A stretch of 64,000 nucleotides of DNA from assembly GCF_009834535.1 (NCBI RefSeq), contig NC_045696.1, forward strand, positions 36,954,001 through 37,018,000. The letters are read 5' to 3'. Below the pieces are notes generated by a model. That model made no database searches and was not told where the DNA came from. It saw nothing but the letters and a program-made list of their open reading frames with translations. Numbering within the stretch: position 1 is the stretch's first letter; each line of letters begins with the position of its first letter. Source of the DNA: Camelus ferus (lineage: Eukaryota). Made by a program: the position numbers and the translations under genes. This document shows, piece by piece, positions 14,617 through 27,452 of this stretch.

Positions 14617-14913
14617 TAAAATATATACATTCACGTAAACTCTTGTGCTACAGGGCTATGTATGTATTACTGTTTTGTCCATATCCCTTGAAAAATAAAA
14701 GAAGTATCACATATCCTTTAGCTTTTAGTTTCACAATTCAAGGTACCAAAATTTGGGGGGGTCCCAAATAAATGGTAACTTTTACATTTCTGAAATCCAT
14801 TTATGCCTGCTTTCTCAGCTCTCTAATAAGTTCATCACATTGTGGAATTCATAGCCCATTTTGTTTCGACTGCAGAGATACCAAGAAAAATATTTCACAG
14901 GCTTCATATGGGC

Positions 14914-15407
14914 TGTATCAGTTTTCTTTTGCTATATAATGGATCACTTCCAAATTTAATGCTTTCAAACAAGTCTGTCAATCAGTTAGGCAGTTCCTCA
15001 GATCTGAGCTGGCCTCAGCTAATTTCCATTAAACTCATCCATGGCATTTATAGCCATTTGGCAGAACATGGTCTAATATGGCCTCCTTTATATTTTGGTG
15101 ATCAGCTGGCAGTCAGCTGGAGTGATGGGGTGACTGAGCTGTATGTCTTCCTCCAATAGTTTCTCTAGAGTTCACTCACATGGTGGCAACAGGATTCTGA
15201 GGAAGAGAATAGAACAATATGCCTACACTCAGAACTGGTACTTCGTCACCTCTGCTGCATTGCATTGTCCACAGCAGGCACAAGCCTAGTCCTCATGCAA
15301 GGCACGGAGTAATACAAACTCCCACTTGGTGAGAAGAACTGCAAAGTACAATTGCAAAGGGTGATAAAAAGAGGGGGATAACGGAAGCCATTTTTGAAAT
15401 ATCTATG
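14914..15407 (-). mobile_element. MaLR LTR (MLT1H/I-like)
   Basis: tgtatcagtt...gct start and aagaactgcaaagt...attgcaaaggg...gccattttt end are typical MLT1 motifs. Confidence 0.7.
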
Positions 15408-17392
15408 ACGAAGATCGAGACATCTTCCAATAATTCTTGTCATTTTGCAAATCAGTAAATATTAATAGAAAATTCAACCTTAATAGAAAAACTAGATGCA
15501 TATGATTAAATTTGAATCAATGCCAAATTATGTACTAAATCAAAACTAGATTGAACAAGTGTTTTGCAACCTTAGGGGTTTTAAAAGAGATGAGTTCCAA
15601 TTTTCTTTCCTTTTATAAATGGAAATGCAGAATGATGTTGATAAATATTTTTTTCTTATGTGCATTAAAATGTAGTCTTTATTACTTGACCATAATTCAC
15701 TTATAATCTTCTGATATTGTATAAGTGCTTTCTGAAAAAGGAACTAAAGTCTTATGTGGTCATGTGGAGATTAAAGTGTTTTTATTGTAAAAGGAAGCCA
15801 TAAGAATGATTTTCCTGATTACTATGCAATCAAATAATACTAGAAAAATACACTTAGTTTTATGTGCCATTTATTTTTATACTGCTTTGATAGGATACTA
15901 ATAAATCACAAATACTTTGCTTTTGAGAAATTTATATAATGTTAGGCTGATTTAATATCATTTTTTATAATGTAGAGTTTTCTTAAGGTTTTGCTCCTGA
16001 ACAAGAATCTTTCAAAATATTTTTTATCATCATTATTCCTTATAACTTTTACAGTATTAAGATTTATAAGCATATTGTTTCCTCAGAACCATAAATCATA
16101 ATACAACTACTAATTACAGCACAACTATTTTGAGTTTCATGGCTGAAAAAATATGTAGGATTTGTCTACAGAGTTATTTAGATATCTAGCAAATAGGGTT
16201 TAAAGATTTTATTCACATTTTGAATAACAACTTGGACAATGGAAAATAAGTGAAAAGGGACCTAATAAAAAAAATTGTACCTCATATAGGTGGTTCATGC
16301 ATAGAATAGAAACATAATTGAACTCTTTTGAATTTTTGCATTGATCATGTACTCTGATTTTTCCACCTGCAATCTCTTGCTGTAGTTAATAAACTATGAC
16401 TACAGATCCCTAGAGAAAGCGAAGAGCTTGAATTAGGACAGAGATGACAATTTCATGCTTCAGTCCTGCTCTTTCTACATGTGAGTCTTTTTGAGGGTCA
16501 TCAGGCTTGTCATCAAATGATGATAATAAGACAGCGTTATTATTAATACGACTGCTGCACTTTACAAATCACTGGAAAATAATATGTCTGGGCAGACTGG
16601 GGTGAGGGTAAAGAACTTGGGGTCTGGCAAAGGGAAAAGCTCATATGTAATAGAAAATACTGGCAATAGCCTGCAAAGTACAATATTTAAGTAAAATATT
16701 GGACTCTAACTTATCTATTAGTTATTGTAGTAAAGGAAATAAAATATGAGCAGGTGCTAACACTTATAAAATTCCCTTATGTAGATGATACTTGCAAACA
16801 TTATTCTGAAAGCATCTTCTAATTAAAACTAATAAACAAACAAACAAACAAAAAATCAATTCGCTCCACATTTTAAAATAGTACTGGTGGCAAACATTGC
16901 TGTTGGCTTGTAGCTGCTGAATTCCATTCTTATATGCAGGACAACATGTTACCCTTAAGTTTCTGTAGATATGGAACGACTCATGAAAGATTTTTGTGTA
17001 TATGAAACTTTAACAGTTGTTCCCAGTCGCCATGAAGTAATGTAATGAGGATATATATTGGTCATATTGTCAGATATAGTTTTCATAGATTAATCAAGGA
17101 CTACATATTCTATACATGGATCCTCAGAATTCATAATCATTTGGTGCTAAAGCACGTTTATTGTTCATTCTTAAATTTATTTGAAAATGGAAGATTCTTA
17201 GCAAAATTCCAGGTAACAATTAATGTGATACCAATTAATAGCATTTCAATTTGAAAAGATGTTTATGTTACCTATAAACAGAATTAATTAAACATTAGAG
17301 TTTTCACTAGACATTAAAGTAAAGTAGGTTTATCTCTGTTTTGATTTGAAAAATTCTCTAAAATAGTATATGCAGAAAAGTTGGTATAATAA

Positions 17393-17516
17393 TCATCCAT
17401 TCAAGCAAATATTTATAAAACAGATACAATGTGCCAGGTTACTATCCAGGCACTGGAAATATAATGATGAATAAAATAGAAAAAAAATCTTGCTCTTATG
17501 GAATTTATAGTTTAGT
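17393..17516 (-). mobile_element. L2 3' end
   Basis: cattcaagcaaatattta...atgtgccagg...ggcactggaaatataatgatgaataaaa...tgctcttatggaatttatagt. Confidence 0.7.
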
Positions 17517-17859
17517 TCATTTGTGAAAATTAAGATTGTTAATAAATACTATATGACATATATATGAATATATTTTAAAATTGATTTATTACCAGTGAAG
17601 TGCATGAGCATTTAAAAAAATTGAATGTTACCAAAAGCTACCTATAAAGACTTATATTTTGCTTCAATTTGTAAATATCTTCAAATGCAAACACCTTAAA
17701 ATTCATGAGCTGTCTCTTATGGTATTTCTCTAAATATATATTTAAATAATACATTTATACATTTCTTTGACTCTTTATGGGATAATGTATCACAATAGCT
17801 GGCTCTATTTTTTATTTTCACTTTCACCTCCCATTCTTTCTTTAATCCACTCCAGTCCG

Positions 17860-18700
17860 GCTTTCACCTCTCCCAGTATACCAAAAGGGCATTTGTCAGC
17901 TCGCCAACGATCTTCATTTTGCTACAGCAAATGTGTGATTCTCAGTCTTTTATTACTTCCTCTATCAGCAGAATTTGGCACAGTGAGTTGCACACTTCCT
18001 CCTCCAAACACTTGAGCATCTCTTTCTTGACATAACGGTCGTTACTGGCTTCTGTGTCTTCATCTTCTTTATTGGTCCTTTTAATCTCCCTAATTACTGT
18101 GCAGTTCTCTGCATTTAGCCCATTTTTCTTTTTCATTTATACTCATTTACTTACGTGGCTTTAAATATTATCTATATTATGACTTTTAAATTTGTATATC
18201 TAGCACTGATAGTCACCTGATCTACAGAATTTATATAATACTATCTAGTTGACTTTTCAGTTGGATATCCAACAGCATCTAAGAATTAGCATGTTCAGAA
18301 GTGAAATTCTAATTTCCGTGTCTGATTTGCTTTTCTACAACTATGTCTATCTCAGTGAATAGAGCTCCAATATTCTAATTGCCTAACCCCACCAAGATAT
18401 GAAATTATACTTGATTAATCAGACCTCTTTTTCTCTCTCAGGTAGTTAGTTCTACTTTCAAAATATATTCCAAATCAGACGTCATCTTACTACCACTTCT
18501 TATCCTGGCTTCAGGTACCATCATCTTATATCTGGATTTTTGCAATATTTTCCTAACCTACTTTACTCCCTTCTGCCCTTGCCCTCCTACAGTATATCCT
18601 GCATACAACAGTCAATCAATCTGATTTAAATCTCATAATAACACCCCTCTGTCCAAAACTCTTTGGTAGCTCTGCATCTTACTCAGAGAGATTAAAATCT
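17860..18700 (+). mobile_element. L2 (L2a-like) fragment
   Basis: Motifs such as gcagaatttggcacagt, ggctttaaatatta tctatat, ttggatatccaacagcatct...catgttcagaagtgaa and aaaatatattccaaatc. Confidence 0.7.
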
Positions 18701-18825
18701 TACAAGGCTGTATTTATCAGCCAATTCCCGAGTGGCAACACATAGCTCATTCAAACTGGGTAATTGACTATTTCCAGAGGTGTGGTTAGGGTTTATGGAA
18801 TTGCCAATAGATAGTGCATTATCCT

Positions 18826-19100
18826 GGGTTTGGTAGGTGTGATTTTTCCGGGAAGCAGATTCTGAGGCTGCATTTAGCATGCATGATGTTTATTAAGAAG
18901 TGTCCTCAGGACCTGGATTAACACCTGTGAAAATGAAGAGAAAGAAAGCAGTATTGAGTAGAGGTAAAAGTCTAGCTTGCAGTCTCAGGGACCTCAAATG
19001 ATGATGTAAACAGCTCAGAAGCTAGGATGACTCTGCAAAGTAGTCTTGAGTTATAGTGCACCAGCACTGGGGCGACATGTTCTTTGTTGGAGGGGATCTG
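18826..19100 (-). mobile_element. ERVL LTR fragment (LTR16-like)
   Basis: ccgggaagcagattctgag...tgtttattaagaagtg...aacacctgtg motif. Confidence 0.6.
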
Positions 19101-21129
19101 AGTGAAGCTTTGAAGTGTCCACAAAAGTGTAGATGCTTTACCAACACTATGCTTGCCAGAGCAAGAGAGTGAAAGAGTCACTGGTGCCCAGAATGGGTAG
19201 CTGTTTAGAAAGGGTTACTTTATTGGAGTTGAGTCTTTGGTAAAGAGATGCAGTCATCCTAAACCAACTGATGAAACTGAGCCAGGGAAAGAAATATACT
19301 TTCCTCCCTTTTCTTCCATCTTCTGACCTCCAAGAGATGACTCATCCCTCATTTGTCAAGCCAGATATCAAAAATCTGTTGATATAGTACATATAAGTTT
19401 GACTTCTAGGTTTTAAGTCTGGGTGGACAAGGATGTGAGTGAATTTGGAGGGTCAATATACAGCAAAATATTCCTACTTAATCTTACCCTAGCATGTAAT
19501 CTGATTTTTATCTCCTACTATTTTTGTGGGCTTTTCTACAGTTAATAAGTCAATAAGTCAGCTTTGTTAATAAGTAAAAGTTAATAAGTCAGCTTTGCAC
19601 AAAAGGATTCCTCACCATTTGTCGGTAGCCAGAAGCCCTCTAGTCTCCTGTCTAGGACATACAGTTCTTGCTGCTGGTTTTCTGGGAGCAGGGAGAGAAT
19701 ATGGCTGGTAATTTCACAATTCAGTTTCCAGATTTCTGCTTAGATCTTTGTATTGAGCACCAACCTCATACCTACTCTCTCTAGTCTCCTCTTTTCTCAA
19801 ATCATTTCAGTACAATTCCCCATGCACTACAACTATGTTTTCCTGCCTGAATTAGTGGGAGTAGACTCCGTTGTCTTCATAAAATGGTAAGGTAGGGTTC
19901 CAGCTGGCCCAGATGTGATCCCCATTAATCTATCAAATTTTAACCTGTCATCTTCTTGTGCCACCAGACTCAGAACCTCTCAAGGGTAGCTTCTTGGATT
20001 CCCTCTGTTGTCACTGTAGCAATTTATTCATTTATTTATCCAGTTATTTTCTGTTTTGCTTGGCTTAATAAGAATAGCTCTCCAACAATACCTTTTCATC
20101 CTCCCAAATTATTGAAATTACTTTTTCATAATGTCTTCTCTCCTATTGTAGATATACCCTTCTGTGTTCTTCACATAATGTTAGTACAGTACTGAGAGAG
20201 ACGCATTTATAAATGCTTGTGGTCTGTCAGTTATGTTTTACCAAAACCCTGAAAATTAATTTAAAAAATCAAGAAAATATTACTGATCATTAACTGACAT
20301 CTAAAGAGAAGAGCTTGGTACAGTCTGTGGAAACATAAAATTTTCATACCCTATTTTTCTATACTACTGATGTTTCTTAGTTTATGATTCTACTAATTCT
20401 TGTTTTAATGACAAAGAGGTATTTTAGTGGACTAATGGACAGCTGTTACAGGAGGATAACCTTTCATGTCTTAAATAAAATAAAATCGAAAGGAATGTTT
20501 GCTATCATTTCTAGATCAGTGTTTTTCACCTTCAGTTTTATTTCATCAATTTTCTTTCCTTTCTGTTTTTACTACACCATATTGCCCTCTGCAGTCATCT
20601 ATTTCCTATCAGGAAACAAAAGCCCATACCAGGTAGTTTAAGAGAGCAAATACAGGGAAGTGGGTCCAGTTAGAAAAATAGAAAGAATCGATGGGAATGT
20701 TGAGGCAACAGAGTGATTAGTAACTATAGGAAGATACAACCTGGGACAAGAAGACTAAAAGGACTCAGTGATAATATCAGAGCCAGAGGTTAATACCACC
20801 TCGGAGGCCTTGATCCGTGTCAGGAGTGCCAGGGCAGAGCAAGAGCATGGAGGTGGCACAGTCATTGTAAAAACGCTGCCTTGGCGGGAGGAGAGTATCC
20901 TGGCTTTCCCTTTCTCTTACCCTGTCATCTCCCACCAGTGCTTCCTTGGTTGAAGGTAACAGGGAGACAAACAGCAAGGGAACTGGGCAGTGCAGGGCAG
21001 AGGACCGACGCGAGACAGGAACAGCGCAGGACTGGCCACGACGTCTACTCTCCTTTGGTTCACTCTACCTGTTGTCTCAGAACAGCTCATGATCAAAAAC
21101 ACACATTCTAGCCCAAGTAGGTTGACATT

Positions 21130-21309
21130 CTTGCTCTGCCACTTGCTAGGAGTGTGACTTGCTCAGACTATTTAAAGTTGCTCAGCTTCCATTTACTTAT
21201 CTTCTAAGTGAGTATGGTAATGACAGGACTGCAGTTTAGAGTTGGTTTAGGGATTAAAAGGGCCAACAGAAGTGCCTGGAATAGTGCTGGGCACATAGAC
21301 ACCTTAATG

Positions 21310-21310
<1 letters not shown>
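21130..21310 (+). mobile_element. MIR SINE
   Basis: gctctgccacttgctag..tgtgact core through atagtgctgggcacatag. Confidence 0.7.

Positions 21311-21369
<59 letters not shown>
21311..21369. repeat. (ATT)~19 microsatellite at the MIR 3' tail
   Basis: Perfect run, directly visible. Confidence 0.97.
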
Positions 21370-21470
21370 CCTGTAAACATTCAAATGAGTCTGAGAGTGG
21401 ACCCACTATAGAGAGAGAAAAGGTTGGATTCTAGGAAGGCAGAAGACCTGGTTATTTACATGGTTTTACT

Positions 21471-21650
21471 AGTGTCTTTTAACTCTGCTCTGGTATCACA
21501 TCAGAATTAACTAGGGACCTTGTTAAAACGCGTATCTTGGACAACATCAGTGACAAGTGCATCACAATAGGTAGGGGATGGGAACACAAAGTTACATTTA
21601 AAAAGATGTTCTGGTAATTTTTGTGCACAAGAACATTTGAAAAACATTGC
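21471..21650. mobile_element. MER5B-like hAT element
   Basis: catcagaattaactagggaccttgttaaaa...tttgaaaaacattg. Confidence 0.5.
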
Positions 21651-22510
21651 CAAAGGGGTCATGAATAAACAATCCCCCTTTTCTTACCTCCCATTTACTG
21701 TAGGTGGAGGAATTCAGATTTGTATCTGATTGCATGACATTTCTCTTGGGATCTTGGTAAGATTTTACTACCATGTTGTCACAAATTAGGAACTGGTTTA
21801 TGTTTTAACTTTGGTGCCTTTTGTAAACTTTTTTTCCCCTTTGGCTATTTCCACCCTTACTGGAGACAACGAAAACAGCAATACTAACTATATTTGTGCT
21901 TTTGCTAATATCCAAGGGAAGGATTAAGTTGGCTAAACTGACCTCAGAATATCTTAATAGGTTTTGTTGCTTTAGTTTTTAATGGAACACTCTTTTTAAA
22001 AGAGAAAGAGAAAGTGTACAACATATTTTGGATGAAATCTCTTTTTTTTTAAATTTTTTTTCTTTTTTTTCCCCCAGTTTTATTATGTAGAATTATTGCA
22101 GTTTGACTGCACATACAAATTATATTGCATGTAAATACATATAAACAGTATACTGCACATTTTTTAGTTTTCATTATGGACTCAGCAACATCTTATCAAA
22201 AAATACTCAAACACACGTCTGTTGAATTCTTCCTATTTTTTTTTTTTTTGCAAGTATACAGCTTTTTCTTTTCTTATTGGGTGATTTTTAAATTTATATT
22301 TCAAGTTTTTCTTACATATCATAGAATTCCCCATAATTAAGCTGTACACGTTTAAACTGTACTATTAAAAATTAGGTTTTTGTAGTTTATTAAAAACTAG
22401 AAAACTTATACCAAAGAATGGGATTTTTTAACATGTAAAATTGTATCTGTAATCTAAGATGCAAATGTTTTCTGTGTGTTTTGTGCTAGTCTCAAACTAT
22501 CAATAACCAG

Positions 22511-23229
22511 TGTGGTAGACGGGTGCTTGTGGTTCTTGTTCTGACTGCAAGATGCCCTTCAGCAGTAACCATTAGGAAACTTTGGAAAAATAAATATTTA
22601 TTCCTTACAGGATCTCGAAATTCCACAGCACAGCTGGGACTGCACAGGAGGTGATGTGTAGAGAGGTTGAATGCTCAGGCCTGGGGTTCTCCTCTTATTG
22701 GGGTTGAGAGTGGGGGCCTAGGGATTTGTAAACTCACTCCTTATTGGTGAATTTAAAACATAAGAGCCGATCTTGACCTCCCAAATTTATTCCCAACTAT
22801 ATTCATATCTTGTAGTAACCTTTAATGAAAAAGAATATGAGAACGGATATATGTATATGTATGACTGAACTATTATGCTGTACACCAGAAATTGACACAT
22901 TCTAACTGACTATACTTCAATTAAAAAAAATAGTGAAAAAAAAAACCCTCACAAAACGTAAGAGTGAGAATTTAAACCTCTGGAAGAGAAAAAACAAATG
23001 GCCCTAATGGTCAATTATTGAAATCAACCAAGATCTCTAAAACAAAGGAGCCTCAGTGCGGGGAGGCAGCCAGGCTCTCTGTCTACTTATGTGGCTGGCC
23101 AGGTGTTTATTGAAGATAGCCGGCTTTGAAGTGAATGCCTCTTTGAAGTGGATGCCTTGGCAATCCAAGCTTAAATCAGGCACTTGCATGACAAAAAGGA
23201 GAAAAAAAACTGTCTGGGTTTACACTACA
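22511..23229 (-). mobile_element. ERV LTR interrupted by a short L1
   Basis: TG...CA-bounded, GC-richer block with minus-strand AATAAA near 22600; TSD not clear. Confidence 0.55.
22767..22952 (+). mobile_element. Short L1 3' end with 5' inversion
   Basis: TSD aaaacataagag (22755-22766)/aaaacgtaagag (22953-22964) at a TTT/AAAA site; sense L1 3'UTR from about 22795 ending in poly(A); 22767-22794 is antisense L1. Confidence 0.85.
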
Positions 23230-25080
23230 CTGATATCTATATTACTGCATTAGAGGGACATGAATAAAGATTATTTCATTATGGAAAAACTGAACAGTTT
23301 AGTGGAATGATTTACTCAAAGTATCAGATGTATCAATTAAGCTAAAAGCAAAAGATTAATAAACAAGGGTTGCATTTCATGTTTTATTCAAGCTAAATAA
23401 AATTTATCATCATTAAATTAGTTTTACAGGACTCAGTCATTAAATGACCCCAAATCGCTGTCAAATAGAAAATATTCTATACATTGTGGGAGACCCAAAA
23501 AGGAGTCAAGTTGGGCTTAATTATCTGGCTTTGTGCTAATAATTATAAGTTGAATTATTTCCTTTCTCTTCATTTGAAGTAAGTTGGAAGTGATGGAGTT
23601 GTTTGGAGTTTATTCCCATTTTCAGGCATACCTAGAACTTGGGTTAACTGACTGCATTCTTTTCAAATCTGAATTTCCCCATAACAATGACAGTGCTCAG
23701 AACAGGTTTTCTTCAAGTATTTTCCATTTAAAGTACTGAGTCTTTGACACAGACCCAAAGAAATTTCCTGGTGAAGAATAAGATTCTAATTGTCACATAG
23801 ATCCTAATTGTCATCCCACTTTCTCTTTCTCCTGGAATAACGAGGAAGATTCAGCAAAACTCTTGCTTCCTAAGGGTTTCACAAACTGCCGTTACATCAC
23901 TGTGTCTCAGCAAGCTGTCCTCTTCCAGTGTAAAGCACCCTCCATTTAACCCACACCGTCAACACTCATCTGTTACTGTGCAGGACAGTAGCCTCTCTTT
24001 CCAGAAAAACAGTCAGCCAAATTCAGATCTGTCCTTGGTTTCTGCCTTCCCTTTGTTTACACTAACAGAAGCATGGGTGACTTCTCAAATACTTTTGACA
24101 CACACTGATGTCCTCACCACCTGTGAATCTTTTTTGTTTGTTTGTTTTTCTATTCCTTGTCAGGAATCCTCTGAGGCAACATCAAATCTTCTCAGTGAGA
24201 ACTATTCTACTTCTAATATATAGAATAATCTGAATCCACCTTCCTCCTCATAAAACTGAAAAGCCATTTCCTCTGTGGTAAGCACACTGTATGCTTGTCT
24301 CACAAAATCCACTGGTTACTAATTGTCTACAGGTTAAATGCAAATTTTCTGATTGTTATCAAGATTATCTGCAAACTGGCCTCATTTATTTTTCTAATTT
24401 ATGTCTCACCGATTTCATTTATAAGCCCTAGATTGTAGTGTGCTTTTTCAATGTCATATTTACATATTATTTATGCTGAAACATCTCTTTTATCAGAAAG
24501 TTTAGATCATACCCTTAATTTTGGTATTTCCATGTCTTAACTGTACTTTGAGAAAATCTTTAAATACAGGCTTCTCTATGATGTCTTAAGAGCAAAACAA
24601 GTACTATTATACATTATTATTAGCAGTGGTAGAATCCCAGTTTACAGTAGAGAAAAGGAGCCTGAAACAACTTGCTGTTATAAGGCTATTGAAAACTTTT
24701 ACTATTTCTGAAACATAATAGGTATTCTCCTTAGATATGCAAATTCATGTCAGGATAAATCAAACCTAAAGCTTATCAGTAACATAAATCAAAAAATTTT
24801 TTTCTCCATTGCAACAACTTTCCCACAGTTCGGGCCATTCAGCAAAAGGCATTCGGACTCCTGGCTAAATTGTTCTTCCCACCAAACAGTTCTCCACACT
24901 GCAGCCAGATTCATGGTTGTAAAATTTAAATAAGATTGTAGCATTCCATAAATTTAGACGCTTGAGTGATTTCCCATGACTGCAGTATGGATGCCAATTT
25001 ATTAATGTGGTTTACAAAACTTTGAGGATGTTTTATCCTATTTAACTCTCTTCCACTCCTCTTCTTCATACCCACCTCTT

Positions 25081-26285
25081 TTTTTTGGTTTAACATTTTT
25101 TATTGATTTATAATAATTTTACAATGTTGTGTCAAATTCCAGTGTAAAGCACAATTTTTCAGTTATACATGAACATATATATATTCGTTGTCACATTTTT
25201 TTCTCTGTGAGCTACCATAAGGTCTTGCATATATTTCCCTGTGCTATACAGTATAATCTTGTCTATCCACTCTACATCTTGAAATCCCAGTCTATCCCCT
25301 CCCACCCCCCACCTCCCTGGGAACCACATGTTTGTATTCTATGTCTATGAGTCTGTTTCTGTTTTGTATTTATGTTTTGTTTGTTTGTGTTTTTTTTTTT
25401 TTAGATTCCACATATGAGCAATATCATATGGTATTTTTCTTTCTCTTTCTGGCTTACTTCACTTAGAATGACATTTTCCAGGGCATCCATCCATCCATGT
25501 TGCTGCAAATGGCATTATGTTGTTGGTTTTTATGGCTGAGTAGTATTCCATTGTATAAATATACCACTTCTTTATCCAGTCATCTATTGATGGACATTTA
25601 GGCTGTTTCTATGTCTTGGCTATTGTAAATAATGCTACTATGAACATTGGGGTGCAGGTGTCATCCTGAAGTGTAGGGTTCCTTCTGGATATATGCCCAG
25701 GAGCAGGATTCCTGGGTCATATGGTAAGTCTACTCCTAGTCTTTTGAGGAATCTCCATACTGTTTTCCACAGTGGCTGCACCAAACTGCATTCCCACCAG
25801 CAGTGGAGGAGGGTTCCCTTTTCTCCACAGCCTCTCCAGCATTTGTCATTTGTGGACTTTTGAATGATGGCCATTCTGACTGGTGTGAGGTGATACCTCA
25901 TTGTAGTTTTGATTTGCATTTCTCTGATAATTAGTGATATGGAGCATTTTTTCATGTGCCTATTGATCATTTGTATGTCTTCCTTAGGAGAATTGCTTGT
26001 TTAGGTCTTCTGCCCATTTTTGGATTGGGTGTTTGTTTTTTTCTAATTAAGTCATATGAGCTGCTTATATATTCTGGAGATCAAGCCTTTGTTGGTTTCC
26101 TTTGCAAAAATTTTCTCCCATTCCAGTAGGTTGTCTTTTTGTTTTACTTAGGGTTTCCTTTGCTGTGCAGAAGCTTGTAAGTTTCATTAGGTCCCATTTG
26201 TTTATTCTTGCTTTTATTTCTGTTGCTTGAGTAGACTGTTCTAGGAGAACATTTTTGAGATGTACGTCAGATAATGTGTTGCCTA
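25081..26285 (-). mobile_element. Young 5'-truncated L1 (about 1.2 kb: 3'UTR plus ORF2 C-terminus)
   Basis: 14-bp TSD catacccacctctt (25067-25080)/catacccacgtctt (26286-26299); ORF 25638-25970 has L1 ORF2 motifs [11 protein letters not shown] and [18 protein letters not shown]. Confidence 0.95.
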
Positions 26286-26644
26286 CATACCCACGTCTTG
26301 ACTTCTACAACTCCACTTTCACCAGACTTCTGTGGTTATCCTAACATCTTACGCTCTTTCACTGATGGTCTTGGCATGTACTAGTTTCTTAATTGAGAAC
26401 ATCATTTTCCCTGACTCCTGCAACAATCTTTGTCTAATTCAATGTTTAATTTTCTTTCCAATCCTAGGCTAAATATCATCCTCATTCATGAGTCTGTCCT
26501 TTGTGCGATAAGCCTTTCTGAGTGTGGCAAGAACACTGTACTTCCACTGTCATAAACATCACACTCTCTATTGTCATTAATAGTTGCTTATCTGTATCCC
26601 TCAGTATAGTATTTGTTCACTAAGTCCAAGTAGCACAAATTGAT

Positions 26645-27452
26645 TGGGCTTTACTGTTTCTTCACCACTTTCAATGTAGGGGAGGTGAATTCTCGCACAA
26701 CCAAGCAGTGCTCTGACACCAGCTGGGTGTCCTACGATTCAACTCAATTCTGACACTACGTACCTGAAAATACTACCAGATTCCACACATTCAGGCTCAG
26801 TCGCACAAGACCACCTCCACTTCAGATGCAATCACAAGCCCACATTGCTAACCTGTGCTTCTGACCTATTGACTATGGACTGGAGATTCCCACAGCACCT
26901 TCCTGGGGTTGGCTGATTTGCTAGGGCTGCTCACAGAACTCAGGAAAATCCTTTATTCACTAGATTATTAGATCACTGCAAAGGATATTAAAGGATGTGA
27001 ATCAATAGCCAGATGAAGAGATACATAAGGTGAACAAACAAAGGAGCTTCAGTCCTCAAAGAGTTTGGGGCCAGGCACGGGAAAGTGTTCTGAACTCCTC
27101 TTTTTGAGTCTTAATGGAGGTTTCATTACATAGGCACGATTGATTAAATTATTGGAGACCAGTGATTGAACTCAATCTTCAGTCCTCTCTTCTCCCTGGA
27201 GGTTGGGGATGGGACTGAAAGTTTCAGCCCTCCAATCATAATGTTGATTCCCCTGGCAACCAGCCCCCATCCTTAAGTTACCTAGGGACTCTCCAGAAGT
27301 CACCTGTTAATGTAACACAAGTGTCCTTTAACAAGAATGTCTTTATCACTCTTATCACTTAGGAGCTTCTAAGGGTTTTAGGAACTCTGCTCAAGAAATG
27401 GGGATGATGATCAAATATATATTTTTAAAATTATAAATTACAATGTCATACA
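26645..27452 (-). mobile_element. MER21-like LTR
   Basis: gacaccagctgggtgtcct..attcaactcaattctgacact, cagatgaagagatacata and the ...ttataaattacaatgtcataca end. Confidence 0.8.

Noticed and set aside
16969..17045. Possible coding exon DMERLMKDFCVYETLTVVPSRHE
   Set aside because: Weak donor (GAA|GTAATG), no recognisable protein and no partner exons.
21208..21411. Poly-tyrosine protein
   Set aside because: Translation of the (ATT)n microsatellite and MIR.
24164..24277. Plus-strand exon with a strong acceptor and GTG|GTAAGC donor
   Set aside because: Stops in all frames, lies in L2-like decayed sequence, and the acceptor comes from a (TTTG)n run. Probably cryptic.
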